A DNA stretch of 64,000 bases from Octopus vulgaris (taxonomy: Eukaryota): the NCBI GenBank assembly GCA_951406725.2, contig OX597814.1:2046001-2110000 (forward strand). Reading direction: 5' to 3'. Position numbers and translations under genes: made by a program. Positions 1 to 14,640 of this stretch are shown in pieces (positions within the stretch are counted from its first letter, which is position 1; every line of letters starts with the position of its first letter). Under the pieces are notes generated by a model. It saw only the letters and a list, made by a program, of their open reading frames with translations. It had not been told where the DNA came from and did not search any database.

Positions 1-350
1 CCCACTGTGTGGCACCTTGGGCAAGTGTCTTCTACTATAGCCTCAGGCAGACCAAAGCTTTGTGAGTGGATTTGGTGGACGGAAACTGAAAGAAGCCCGT
101 CGTATATATGTATATATATATATGTATGTGTGTGTGTTTGTGTGTCTGTGTTTGTCCCGCTAGCATTGCTTGTCAACCGATGGTGGTGTGTTTATGTCCC
201 CGTTACTTAGCGGTTCGGCAAAAGAGACCGATAGAATAAGTACTGGGCTTACAAAGAATAATAAGTCCTGAGGTCGATTTTCTCGACTAAAGGCGGTGCT
301 CCAGCATGGCCGCAGTCAATGACTGAAAGAAGTAAGAGAGTAAAAGAGAG
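1..350 (+). mobile_element. tRNA-derived SINE family A (head cut by window start)
   Basis: Matches many copies in the window: GGCACCTTGGGCAAGTGTCTTC...GGAAACTGAAAGAAGCCCG, internal (TA)/(TG) microsatellite, tail GGTGCTCCAGCATGGCCGCAGTC...GACTGAAA. Confidence 0.9.
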
Positions 351-522
351 TGAAAGTGTATTAAGATAAATTGAAGAAGGAAGAGACTGATGCTGGCTTC
401 AAGGAATATCAACGAGAGACAAGATGTCCCAATGGAACTTTCCAGAGTGGGCAGACAGGATAGAGATTAGTGGAGATTTTTCTTGGACTAAATTTGTGTG
501 TGCCTGTTTATATATATATAAA

Positions 523-731
523 TTCTTTTCTTCTTTTACTTGTTTCAGTCATTTGACTGCGGCCATGCTGGAGCACCGCCTTTAGTCGAGAAAATCGACC
601 TCAGGACTTATTATTCTTTGTAAGACTAGTACTTATTCTATCGGTGTCTTTTGCCGAACCGGTAAGTTACGGGGACGTAACAACACCAGCATCGGTTGTT
701 AAGCGATGTTGTTGGGATAAATACAGACACA

Positions 732-735
<4 letters not shown>
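523..735 (-). mobile_element. SINE family A, 3' half
   Basis: Reverse complement of about 140-350. Confidence 0.9.
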
Positions 736-775
<40 letters not shown>

Positions 776-793
776 ACACACGCAACGCACGCA

Positions 794-1030
794 TATTTTT
801 AAGTCTCAAAATGAGAGATATTCAGCAACAGTACTTTGTAGTAAATATTCTTTGCCAACATAACATGGCAGTCCTGGTTTAGGACGAATGTTGCTGTAAT
901 TTAGCCCCAGGAGACATCGTCTCCAGCTGGCAACGTTCGTCCTAAACCAGGACTGCCGTGTTATGTTGGCAAACAATCTTTACTCCAAAGTACTGTTGCT
1001 GAATGTATATTGTTGTGAGATTTTAAAATA
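794..1030. repeat. Foldback inverted repeat (arms about 794-894 and 929-1030)
   Basis: TTCAGCAACAGTACTTTG...GGCAGTCCTGGTTTAGGACGAATGTTGC is mirrored by GCAACGTTCGTCCTAAACCAGGACTGCC...CAAAGTACTGTTGCTGAA. Confidence 0.9.
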
Positions 1031-1683
1031 GTAATTTTCTAATTGAATATTTATCTATTAAATATTTGAAAATAAATTTTGGTGAAACATTCTCGTCGAA
1101 GCTTCTAGCAATTGGATACATACTATAGCTAGTATGACCACTTGGAACACAGAAGTAAAATTACATATAATGATGGATGTCAGCCGTTCTCCAGACGTGA
1201 ACTTCCATTTCTAAATCAGTGAAAAGGAGAATATTTAGTTGAAATTGGTTCGAAATCTTCAGCTCTTATACCTTGATTATAAATTTTCATTTATCCTGAA
1301 TAGAGTTAATAAATGCTCAGACGAAAACCTAAAAGATCTAGGCTTATGAGGTAAAGTAAGCGACCAACAGACACACTTTACAAATACATTGTGTAAGCAG
1401 AAAAGAAAAAATATGAGAGACTTTTCTGGAGTTCGACATAAAAATTGTAGCCATGGAGCTTTGTTTCTTTATCATCTATTAGCTCCGTATTGTATTTGTA
1501 GGAAGGAATAAACTAATCTAAATCCATAGATATTAATAAAATTATACTTCTGAATACAAATTAATAGGATGTTGCAGTCATGTGGAGTGCAAACCTGACG
1601 TTATGTTAAATATAAAAAGGAAAGAGAACGTCTATGTCGAACTAATTAGGTTTCTGAATATATTACACAGTGGCACACAAACG

Positions 1684-1790
<107 letters not shown>

Positions 1791-1814
1791 CTATGATGAT
1801 TGTGAAACTTAGCT

Positions 1815-2030
1815 ATGGTGGTGAGCTGGCAGAATCGTTAGCACACAGGGCGAAATGCTTAGCGGTATTTCGTCTGTTTTTGTGTTATGAGCTCAAAATC
1901 CGCCGAGATCAACTTTGCCTTTCATTCCTTTCGAGGTCGAGAAATTGAGTCACAGTTGCGTACTGGGGTATATCTAATCGACTGGCCCTCTCCCCCCAAA
2001 TTTCGGACCTTGTGCCTAGAGAAGAAAATA
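1815..2030 (+). mobile_element. tRNA-derived SINE family C
   Basis: GAGCTGGCAGAATCGTTAGCAC head and CTTTGCCTTTCATTCCTTTCGAGGTCGA body; related copies at 4.5-4.9, 37.9 and 57.8-58.2 kb. Confidence 0.85.
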
Positions 2031-2441
2031 TAAAACATAGTTATTAATTGATATCGACTATATTGAAAGATATATTTGATATTTTGAGCTCCACGAAATA
2101 AGAAGGGATGTGACTAATTTGAAAGTTGTAATTAGACACGATTGATGAAAACGTTAAAAATAAGCAAAATAACCTTAAATTCAGGGTGTAGAATTTATAT
2201 TTACCATTAACGATATACAAAAGTATCTCAGTATAAACATAGATATGATAAACCATGCACATTTATACAGGTAATGCTGTCTATCCATGTTGGAATCCAT
2301 GTATAGAAGCTACATACATACATCTATGCATGTATTTATATATAAATACAAGCACACATGCATTCATATACGCATACATGCATTCATACATACATTCATG
2401 CACATACATACACATATAAACCAACACAAATATTCCCTTAA

Positions 2442-2479
<38 letters not shown>

Positions 2480-2496
2480 CGCATACATGTACACAT

Positions 2497-2555
<59 letters not shown>

Positions 2556-2619
2556 TACAGATTCCTATATACTTACATATATGCATATATTTACACATAT
2601 ATTCATACATTCATTCATA

Positions 2620-3850
2620 CATACAATTGTAATTGAAAGCCGTCTGATTGTTTCCGATGTTATAAATATTTTAAGCGGAAAACTCCAAGGAGTCAGTTTG
2701 TCTATACTTCTGTTTATTTTGGCTCAAAAACCACTGTCATTTTTTTTCCAAAAACTCCACCGATTATGTGCTAAAGTTTGCAACAACAAGAGATATCAAT
2801 CTAACTCCTAATGTCTTGGGTGGACAATCTAAAGATCTATACTCGGAATATTTACAATACTGAGAAACAGCTGGATTTAGTAACATGTTCTGCTGTTGTA
2901 CGGATGGGTTTGGGCCAAACGAAATTTTCTTATTTGATAGTTGAAAGCTGAAAGCTTGTTTGTTTCCTCAAACACGAAGCTTCGCATTAATGTTTTTGCT
3001 ATGTCTTCTGTTCCACAAACACCAAGATATTGATTAAGATATATTATACGAACGCACTAAAAACAAAGATTGGTCGAAGAATATTATTACAGAGCTTGAA
3101 AAAAAGACATGACAGAAACGTTGATTGGATTTCCTCTAAAGACGAGTGTCCCAAATAGATATTTGACTGCTCTATAGAGGAAATACACTCCACAGACATT
3201 AAAATCTCTAAGATGCTGGCATTAACTATACACCTCAACCAAATCAGTGCCATTGACAGACTCTATTGCAGAAGAAATAGGAACGAAAATGAAGGTTTAA
3301 GATCTGTGATGATAGTCTTTGAGTTTTGTGCGATATCACTTTGACGAAATCTGCTAAACATTGGCAGCGAAAATAAATACATAATTTAAATAGTAAAAGG
3401 TAGAGAGGCGCATTCGTCAAGAATCATTCAATTCCCGATGATTGCTCCTGCGATTTCCAGTGACTGACGTACCTCAAAAAAGAGATCTTGAGGAGAAACG
3501 TTCAGCGTACCACAAATAGGTTATGAATGGCTTAGTTTTCTTTAAACTTGTGGATGATAATAGTGTTAACATGGAGTGGTGCTTTTCTTAAAATCCCGAC
3601 CGTTTCATCAAAACACATTTCGTTATGATTTTAGCAATTTTTGCAAAAGTAAGAATGAACTAATAAATACCAAATGAAGAAAATAGACAGGGAGACACTT
3701 AAACACGCAAGATGGAGCCTAAAATGTCGATAACGACACTTTTATTTGGAGGCTATTACACATGTGACCAGCAGCTTCCCCAAAATGTTATAATAACGAC
3801 ATGATATTGTTGCTGAACCAATATACAGAACCGTCTGCAAGAAAGAGTCT
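2620..3850 (+). pseudogene. Degenerate R4/Dong-like (restriction-like endonuclease clade) LINE reverse transcriptase remnant
   Basis: Broken frames give ILSGKLQGVSLSILLFILAQKPLSF, WVDNLKIY (Y.DDLKLY-like), SAIDRLYCRR...GLRSV and ITHVTSSFPK...RHDIVA. Confidence 0.7.
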
Positions 3851-4209
3851 TTCGTAAAATCTTCCTTCATATTTTTCTGATATTTAACGAATTTTTCCAG
3901 GAAATTATAGAAAGGGGAAAATGACAAAGAATGCGTAATCTGCGAATATATCACCAGGTTACGAAAAATATAATCTTCATGTGAATTATTTATAACTATG
4001 AATGAGCATACAGAATATCCTTGAAGTATAGGTACTCACATCAACATTTGGGGTTCGATATAAATACACGTATAAATACATATACGAATAGTATGAACAT
4101 AGTTAAATACACTCATGAGATCAGACAATCAGAGGAAGAATGAAGTCTTTAATACCAGCACCAAAGCTTCTTTTGCACACACAGACACACGCGAGCGCCA
4201 TTATATTAG

Positions 4210-4535
4210 ACATGGCCTGGTACTTGTTCGGTTACGACGGCGAGTGCTCCAGATGAGTCTAGAATCGAAAGAAGAGCCTGGTCATGAAATGAACATGCAA
4301 GTGGCTGAGCACTCCACCGAAATGTGTACCCTTAACTTAGTTCTCAGAGAGATTCAGCATGACACTGAATGTGAGAAAGCTGGCCCTTTGAATTAAAGGT
4401 ACAATTAATTTTTGCCAGCTGAGTGGACCGGAGCAATGTGAAATAAAGTGTCTTGCACAAGGAAACAATGTGCCGCCGGAAATCGAACCCACGAATTTAC
4501 GATCGTGAACCGAATAACTTCCCGACTAAGTTACG
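4210..4535 (-). mobile_element. SINE family D (tRNA-Arg-like head shared with family B)
   Basis: Minus strand head with TTCACGAT loop and GGTTCGATTTCC B box, followed by CAAGACACTTTATTTCAC as in family B. Confidence 0.7.
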
Positions 4536-4539
4536 CGAA

Positions 4540-4870
4540 ATTTTGTGGGGAGGGGGCCAGTCGATTAGATCGATCCCAGTACGCAAATGGTACTTAATTT
4601 ATCGACCACGAAAGGATAAAAGCAAAGACAAACGAAATACCTATTTCTTTACTACCCACAAGGGGCTAAACACAGAGAGGACAAACAAGGACAGACAAAC
4701 GGATTAAGTCGATTATATCGACCCCAGTGTGTAACTGGTACTTAATTTATCGACCCCGAAAGGATGAAAAGCAAAGTCGACCTCGGCGGAATTTGAACTC
4801 AGAACGTAGCGCCAGACGAAATACGGCTACGCTTTTCGCCCGGCGTGCTAACGATTCTGCCAGCCCGCCG
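4540..4870 (-). mobile_element. SINE family C, full copy plus partial tandem copy
   Basis: Repeated GGTACTTAATTTATCGACC...GAAAGGAT blocks; head GCTAACGATTCTGCCAGC near 4847-4864. Confidence 0.85.
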
Positions 4871-5516
4871 TTCTAGAGTGGTTTAATATCAACGGTGAAT
4901 AGCAGCTTAGAATCTTCGTGTAAAATATACTTTGGAAAGAGTTGTTGTCTATTGCAAGTGATGGTAAAGAAGAACCAGGGTTGGTGGTGGGAGACAGGAC
5001 TTTGTCTAAAATAACAGGAGAGGAGTTTCGTGGTAAGCACAAGGGCATCCAATAATGTCAAATTTGTAGATTTGTTTGGGCAGGTGAATGGTAGATGTGT
5101 GGAGTCAGTTTACAATCAGACTGGAAGGAGAAGTATTTTGAAAGAATTGAATATGCATACGGTAAAGGAGAGTGCTTGGAGTTGTGGTTAATAAACTTCT
5201 GGGGTAATTTCGTGTTGAAGAGAGACGTTTTGGAGTTAGTAGAGTGCCTTATACTTTCGGAAGTCAGTGTGTTGGATGATGGAAGCTTTGAACTTACTAG
5301 CCAGCTTCATGATACGATAACCCTAGGTGGTTGTTGTTTCGTCAACTCGTTGTGGATCAGATTGGAAACTGAATTACATCTACGATTTATTCACCAATAA
5401 AATATAAAACACTCCATTTCAATTGGGATCATATCCAGGATTTCGTGACTCGAAGCGAAGTTCTAAACCTTACACACAGACTAATGTATACATACATACA
5501 TACATACATACATACA

Positions 5517-5544
<28 letters not shown>

Positions 5545-5547
<3 letters not shown>

Positions 5548-5760
5548 GGAAAAAAATCAAGGTACAAAATGCAAAAATAATTTTATAAAAACATTTCAGT
5601 ACCGGTTTCGGTCATTGAGACTTTTTCAACTGTAAGTATGGAAAAACAATTAAATTTTGTAAAAATTAAATGAAAAGTATTTTAAAAGAATATTTGCATA
5701 GTATTCAAATACAAGGGGCATTTTCCTTGTTTCTGCCTGTCTCTGTCTCTCTATACACAC
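5545..5760 (-). mobile_element. Short non-coding PLE pLTR-like element
   Basis: Second copy at 35437-35630 on +; contains a hammerhead; flanked by TA/TACA repeats. Confidence 0.7.
5597..5632 (-). ncRNA. Minimal type I hammerhead ribozyme, U3-A8 core variant
   Basis: CAG-UUGAAAA-AGUC ucaau GACC-GAA-ACCGGU-A-CUG; the 35.6 kb copy restores stem II as GGUC. Confidence 0.65.
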
Positions 5761-5860
5761 TCATATATTTAATATGTATATATATATTTACATATGAATA
5801 TACAAATATGTATATATAAATACACTTACATATGAATCGACAAATGTGTGTGTACGCACG

Positions 5861-5922
<62 letters not shown>

Positions 5923-5938
5923 TATATATATATATATA

Positions 5939-5976
<38 letters not shown>

Positions 5977-5992
5977 TATATATATATATATA

Positions 5993-6034
<42 letters not shown>

Positions 6035-6439
6035 CACATGTATACACACACGCATACACATATATATATATATATATATATGGAGGGATGGATGTATAAA
6101 ATAGATGAAGGTTTGGACTTAATCAAAGGACATACTAAGTATGTCGACCTGCTGGAAATAGCAATCAAGGCTCCTATTTAAATCGCCGTGAGTCCAAATA
6201 TTTGAATGTATGATGAGGGATTGTCTTAGCCCGTTTACCTTCGGACGGTTTATTTTTGTAGTTACTATCAGTGTCTTTTTCATCGATTTAAATAAGAGTT
6301 TTGACTGTTATTTTCAGAAGGTATTCATACTTACTATGTTCTTTGATCAACTTAAATCCTTCAGCTATTTAATGCTTCTTGGGCCTGCAATCGCCTATAT
6401 TATTGATTCTGTTATTATCATTATTAAATTGTTACACTG

Positions 6440-7050
<611 letters not shown>

Positions 7051-7054
7051 AAAT

Positions 7055-7610
7055 TCCCTGATGCAGTACCAGGATTTTGGCTCTCGTGGCTTCTGATCTT
7101 AACTGATTGGAAGTGTCATCATGTACATTGTTTTGTCTTGGTATAAAAGAGGGGCTACAGCAAATAATCTGCTCAATACCACAGATTTGCTTGTAAGTTG
7201 TTTGACCATAACCAGTTGACCATGTCCCTTAATGACTGACGATATGTGCATCTCTAATCACAAGCAGAAGTAGTGGGGGAGCATCATAGCCATGTATCGA
7301 GAGGGATTATTTGGGGTTTGAATAATTCACCTCTGTAAAGTTGGGTGGTTCGTTCAACATCCTTATACAACCCTTATTCAGGGACCTTTTGAGCGGGATG
7401 GGTTACTCGACCAGAAGAAAATTCTAACTGGGCGCCACCTGCAAGGTCATGTGCTATTTATCTTGATATGAGATCACCATGTCGAGCACATATAGTTGTG
7501 ATGCATGTGCCTAGCGTACCCTTATCAGACGGGTAGTCATGATGGGTATACTGGGCTTCGTATATTTTATCCCAGTATCACTTTGATGGCGTACACCGAT
7601 CTCTCAGTCA
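7055..7610. mobile_element. Unclassified about 550 bp insertion within (AAT)n
   Basis: High-complexity block with sharp borders between two (AAT)n tracts; no recognisable ORF. Confidence 0.5.
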
Positions 7611-7622
7611 ATAATAATAATA

Positions 7623-7653
<31 letters not shown>

Positions 7654-8001
7654 TATATATATATATGCATCAGCATATATGTAAGCAAGTATGTATGTAT
7701 GTATCTACTTATCTATCTATCAATATATATATATATATACATATATTTATATATATACATATATATATGTATATACATACATATATATATGTATAAATAT
7801 ACATATATATACATATATATATACATATATATACGTCACATAAAGCTACAAATTATAGCAGTTTAATACTTAGTAGGAAGAGCTTTACATTTTATATATC
7901 CAAAAGAGTATTTCAGCCCAATATAAGAAGAGGGCTATTTGTAGTTTTATGAGATGTGCTTCGAGAAAAAATGTTCCGAAAAAGAATCATATATATATAT
8001 A

Positions 8002-8208
8002 TTCTTTTACTTGTATCAGTAATTTGAGTGCGGCCATACTGAAGCACCGCCTTTAGTCGAGCAAATCGACCCAAGGACTTATTCTTTGTAAGCCATGTAC
8101 TTATTCTATCGGTCACTTTTGCCGAACCGCTACGTTACGGGGACGTAAACACACCAACAACGGTTGTCAAGCGATGGTGGGGACAAACACAGACACACAA
8201 ACACAAGA

Positions 8209-8239
<31 letters not shown>

Positions 8240-8400
8240 CGACGGACTTCTTTCAGTTTCCATTCACCAAATCCACTCACAAGGCTTTGTTCAGCCCGAG
8301 GCTATAGTAGAAGACTGTCGCCCAAGGTGCCACGCAGTAGGACCGAACCCGAAACCATGTGGTTTGTTAGCAAGCTACTTACCATACAGCCACTCCCGCG

Positions 8401-8403
<3 letters not shown>
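8002..8403 (-). mobile_element. SINE family A, full length
   Basis: Minus-strand head GGCGCGGGAGTGGCTGTATGGTAAG (A-box-like) and GGGTTCGGTCC (B-box-like), plus full body. Confidence 0.9.
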
Positions 8404-8450
<47 letters not shown>

Positions 8451-8642
8451 TATACAAGAAGTATGATATAAACTCTAATTATCTTTTGTCGCGGGTTCGA
8501 TCCGAGCACTTATATATATATATATATCTCGGAAGAAAGATCAAGAATATTATACACACACACATATATATATATATGCACATATCTATACACACATAAA
8601 TATACATACATATATATGAATGTACATATATATATGTATATA

Positions 8643-8689
<47 letters not shown>

Positions 8690-9139
8690 TCATGCATAAA
8701 TACATAGATAGACATACATACATACATACATACATATGAATGTATATATATATATTTGTGTGTGTATATATATATATATATATACATACTTAAATACATA
8801 CATACACATACACACACACATATGTATATATATATCTATATACACACAAATATACACACAAATATATATATACAGAACGCACGATTATGTAGGAATGTAA
8901 CATCGTATTCTTCTCTTCTATGAGTACAACAGAGAATATAGGAAAAAGTTGCTTTTTTTTCCTTATTGTTCCCAGGTAATTTTTCTACCAAACACACACC
9001 TGATGTGAATCAGTGAATCAATGGCGGAGCAGAAAGATTAAAATGAACACCGATGCCCCCACCCCCTTACTTCCACAGCACCACTTGCCTTACACAAACC
9101 AAACCAACACATACTTAGGCAGACATAATACATACACAC

Positions 9140-9141
9140 AC

Positions 9142-9179
<38 letters not shown>

Positions 9180-9589
9180 CTATACATATATATATATATA
9201 TACACACACATATATATATACATATATATGAATATATACATATATATATGCATATATATATATACATATATATATATACATATATATATATGTATACATA
9301 TATATATATATATATAAATATACGTATATATAAATATACATATATATATATAAATATACATATATATATATATAATACATATATATATGTATACATATAT
9401 ATATATATATATATATAATATACATATATATATATATATATAAATATACATACATATATATATAAATATACATATATATATATAATATATATATATATAT
9501 ACATATATATATAAATATACATACATATATATATAATATATACATATATATATAAATATACATATATATATATACATATATATATATAA

Positions 9590-9634
<45 letters not shown>

Positions 9635-9667
9635 TATATAAATATACATATATATATATAAATATAC

Positions 9668-9698
<31 letters not shown>

Positions 9699-10016
9699 CA
9701 CATATGTACATATGCATGTATATATATATATATATGTATGTATAATATATATTATATATATATATATGTATAATATATATATATATATATATATAAATAT
9801 ACATATATATATAATATATATATAAATATATAATAATATATATATAAATATACATATATATATAAATATACATATATATATATAATATATATATAAATAT
9901 ACATACATATATATAAATATACATATATATATAAATATACATATATATATATACATATATATATATAAATATACATATATAAATATACATATATATATAC
10001 ATATATATATAAATAT

Positions 10017-10048
<32 letters not shown>

Positions 10049-10085
10049 CACATATGCATGTATATATATATATATATGTATGTAT
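9140..10085. repeat. Long imperfect (TA)n tract
   Basis: Direct reading. Confidence 0.95.
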
Positions 10086-10481
10086 AAACACCACGACCAC
10101 CACTATCAACAACAACAACAACAGTAGCAGTAGTAGCAGCAGTAGCAGCAACAATAATTGTTATAACGGCAGTAATAGTAAGTTGAAGAATATTAATAAA
10201 TAATTAGAGCTCGCGTGGCTGGAAGTGGCGCCTTCTTATTTTCTGTTGTTGAAGATAATGTCAAAGAGAGATGAATATCGACGATTCCCTTCGTTTCTTC
10301 GATAGTGGTTCCTTATTATTACACAGATTACAGCTTGATTTACCGTTTCTCTTTCATCTCATTTGCATGAGACACCCACTCCCCCTTTGATCGCATTCTT
10401 CAATTCTGTCTCACTCTCTCTCTTTCTCTTTCTCTCTCTGTCTCACAACCATGTATACGTACATACATTACAAGTGTGTAC

Positions 10482-10553
<72 letters not shown>

Positions 10554-10757
10554 GTGTGTGTATATATATGTATATATGTATATGTGTGTGTACACAGACA
10601 CATATATATGTATGTATATATATGGATGGATGTATATGTACAGATATGTTCACATATACAATATATACGTGTGTGTGTATATATATATAGTATGCATACA
10701 TGTATTTACCCACATACAGACTTATGTATGTGTATGTATATATGTACATACATATAC

Positions 10758-10797
<40 letters not shown>

Positions 10798-10835
10798 TAT
10801 ATATATATGAACATTTGAATATATATATATATATG

Positions 10836-10873
<38 letters not shown>

Positions 10874-11346
10874 AACTTGTGTATACTGATTTTCGTCCAT
10901 ACATATCTCTAAAGGATATTATCATTGATAAAAGTAGGAAATGTACGTTGTTTTTTTTGAGCAATCATTTGTACGATATTTACTCTGCATCTAGTTACAG
11001 ACACTCCCTTCTCTCTCTCTCTCAACGTCGGGAATTAAATCTGCAACAAAGGGTTGGAAAGGAAAATACGATCCTGAACTGAACAATCAAGTTTTCAAGT
11101 TTTCTTCCTTTTTATTGCATGGCATTTATTCAATGTCGAGATAAAATGTTGCTTGGATGGTTGTCTGGTGAATTCCTTTATTGACGCATTCCATCGTATA
11201 GAGAGAAAGGGGAAGCGCGTTTGAGAGCAGAGGCTTAACATAACTATATGAGCACGTTCTAGGCTTAGTGGAAGGCAAGGAGTTAGAGAACGTTACACGT
11301 GCATATAGAGATTGAAAGAGACAGAGGGAGAGAGAGAAAGGGTGTA

Positions 11347-11409
<63 letters not shown>

Positions 11410-11523
11410 GATGATGACTGGTTATAAGAGTTCAGATCTTGCAGAGGGTGATTTTTGATGGAGTTCATTGGAGTAGATTGCCACCAAGACTTATATGTAC
11501 ATTCCTTCAGTACCTCTTCTATT

Positions 11524-11575
<52 letters not shown>

Positions 11576-12094
11576 CTCTCTCTCTCTCTCTCTCTGTATA
11601 TCTCATTTACTCTTTCTCTCTTTCTCTCTTTATATGACAGGGTAATGCTTGACTGACAAAATCAGCCAACAACGTTTATATATCACAGTTCTACATTTAA
11701 GAGATGAGGAATTATTTACATTATTTACATTATGTTTATATTATAGCCTTTTTTCACTCATTGACTGCCACCACGTCTAGTATGTGAACATATTCCACAC
11801 CTCTGATGCTAACTCTCTCTCTTCATCTTTCTCTTATCCTCTCTTCCTCTCTCTTTTCACAGTGTAAAGCCGGATTAGAGAAACCAATCAACGAACCGGC
11901 ATTGTCTATCAGCTAATATTATATAGAAATATAATAATGGCGTCTAATTTTTCCAGAGAAACTTTTCTTCGCCATTTTCTTTCCTTTGAGATTTTATTTC
12001 TGTTCTTCAATACCAGTAATACCGTAGGACAGAGATAATTGATTACATCCTTGCCATCACTACTACATTATTCCAGACCTCCTTATAACCATGT

Positions 12095-12335
12095 GAAGGG
12101 ACATTGTGTGTGTTTATGAGCGAAACACCTAAGCTCCACGCGGCTCCGGCAGAAGGTAATGGTGACCTTCTACTGACTCTTTCGCTACAACTTTCTCTCA
12201 CTCTTTCCTCCTGCATCTTGCAGCTTACCTGCGATGGACCGGCGTCCCATCCAGGTGGGGAACCTATACGCCAAGGAAACCGGGAAACCGGCCCTTATGA
12301 GCCAGGCATGGCTCGAGAAGGAACAAACAACAACC
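12095..12335 (+). mobile_element. SINE-like repeat family E
   Basis: CCTGCGATGGACCGGCGTCCCATCCAGG resembles a common SINE body motif; ends in a short AAC tail; only one copy in the window. Confidence 0.5.
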
Positions 12336-12896
12336 CTTATAACCACGACACCACCATCACCACCACACCACCACCATCATCATCGTCATCATCTTTATCA
12401 TCAACTTCATTATCAACATCACCATCATCATCATCATCATCATCATCACCATCATCATTATCATTATCATCGTGATCAATATAACCTATTTTACTACTTT
12501 TTACCCTTCGGCGCACACTAAAGCAAACACACACACACACACATCTACCCATCGACACATTAACCTCTGCCAACGCCGGTGACACAGGCAGAGCCAACCC
12601 GCCCCCCAATGTTTATAAACGAGATGGACAACAGAGGGCAGCACTGTCTGATTAATAGAAATGAAATGATAAACAAACAAACGGCCGCCCCAAACAAAAC
12701 ATATCTCTCTTCTCCCCCTCTCCCTCTTTCACACGTTCACCACACACGACTAATAAAGGCAGTGGCGGCGGATGGGGTCGAATGGGAGCCGAAGGGACAA
12801 AGTATAGACGTGGTGAGCAGACGTAATAGAAATAACAGTCAAATCACCCCTAAATCACACTCTGTCATCTTCAGACAATAGAAGGGCAAATTAGAT

Positions 12897-13202
12897 CACT
12901 GGTTCTCAACCGGGCTCCACGTGTCCCCACCGAAGGAGTCCATATAAATTTTAGGGCGTTCACACAACAATTAGTGAATAAGGGATCCAAAATAGTATTT
13001 AGAAGGCTCCTGAAAATCTTTTGCTTTCGATGTATTTTTTTTTATTTATATTTTTTTCTGTAACATTTTACAGAATTCAACCAACACAAATTAATACGTG
13101 AAGTACAAACTAGGAACTTTGAATGGAGAAGTGGGGTGGGTCCAGCAGAATAAAATAGCAATCCAAGGGGTCACATAGGTAAAGAATGGGCGGGAACCGC
13201 TG
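12897..13202. mobile_element. hAT (Charlie-like) MITE
   Basis: Ends CACTGGTTCTC / GGGAACCGCTG with a near-perfect 8 bp target duplication AATTAGAT / CATTAGAT. Confidence 0.65.
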
Positions 13203-13319
13203 CATTAGATGATGCATCAGAAATACAGTTAAAAGGACAGGGTGGTCGTGGCTGGAAGGGTTTTGGTCTTAAATCAGCTCGATTAAGACTGACTTTGGCT
13301 TAAATCACAAGAGCTACAA

Positions 13320-13870
13320 ATACCGTACCCCCACCACCACCACCACCACTACCATCTCTGCCACCACCACCCTCACCATCACCATCTACCACTACCACTA
13401 CAACCACCATCACCATCACCACCACCACCACCACCATCTTTACCAACATCTCTACCACCTCAACCATCACCACCACAACCCTCATCACCATCACTACTGT
13501 CGACACCACCACCACCACCACCACTACCACTGTTAACATGTCCACAACCACCATCTCCACCAGCAGTAATACTATTGATACTTATACCACAACCGATACC
13601 ACCATCACCACCACCACCACCACCACCAGCAGCAGCAATTCTTACTGTAACATAACCGCTATTACCACCACCTTCCCTTCTTCCCCTCCTCCTATCCCTA
13701 CCTCTATCAACGCCACCACCACCACCACCACCACTACCATTAACATTCCTGCATCACAATCACCACCACAGCTCTCCCCAATCAGCCTCACCGCCATCGC
13801 CATCCCTTTCTCAAACAGACTTTAACACTCTCCCAGCACTCCCGGCCAACACCACCACCACTTCCTTCCC
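13320..13870 (+). repeat. (CAC/CAT)n low-complexity tract
   Basis: Direct reading. Confidence 0.9.
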
Positions 13871-14269
13871 ACTTCTCCTCCTCCTCCATCGCCCTCTTAC
13901 ACATCTACCCGTTAGAGAGTCGTTTCCATGGCGCCATCCACGAGGTTAAGGACGCTGGGTAAAAAAAAAGAAGGGTGAACGAGAGCCCCACACACACATT
14001 AAAACCGCAAGTTCTTAATAATATCAGTTTTGTGTATGTAAACAGACTTAGAGACTTGCTGTGAAAAATACGACTCGCTGGATTTGGGTTGGGGGTAGCG
14101 GTAGCGATGGCAATGGGGTGGTGAAGATGGGGAGCAAAAAGGGCAGAAAATAATGTGGTAGGTGCAGGAGCCACTCAAAGTAAAGGGAGCACGTGGTTAT
14201 CAACTCGACGGTTGCAAGTTCGGTTTCGACTTAGACAAAGTCCTGGTTTCATTGGTAGTCAATCATTCG

Positions 14270-14640
14270 CTTATTTCTTTTTTGCATGTTTCAGTCATTT
14301 GACTGCGGCCATGTTGGAGCACCGCATTTGGTCGAACAAATCGACCCCTACACTTATTCTTTGTAAACCTAGTACTTATTCTATCGGTCTCTTTTGCCGG
14401 ACCGCTAGGTTTCGGGGACATAAACACACCAGTATCGCCTGTCAAGCCAAACATATTCATATACATATATATATTCTTTTACTTGCTTCAAATCATTTGA
14501 CTGCGGTCATACTGGAGCACCGCCTTTAGTCGAGCGAATCGACCCTAGGATTTATTCGTTGTAAGCTTAGTACTTATTCTATCGGTCTCTTTTGCCTAAC
14601 CGATATATTACGGGGACGTAAACACACTAGCGTCGGTTGT
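14270..14640 (-). mobile_element. Two tandem SINE family A 3' halves
   Basis: TCATTTGACTGCGG...GGAGCACCGC occurs twice. Confidence 0.85.

Noticed and set aside
3458-3510. Hammerhead-like CTGACGT..CCTCAA/TTGAGG..GAAACGTT
   Set aside because: Core A9 and stem I register are wrong, and it lies inside an R4-like LINE coding remnant
4875-5400. Possible LINE coding fragment on minus
   Set aside because: Composition is suggestive but no diagnostic motif was recognised
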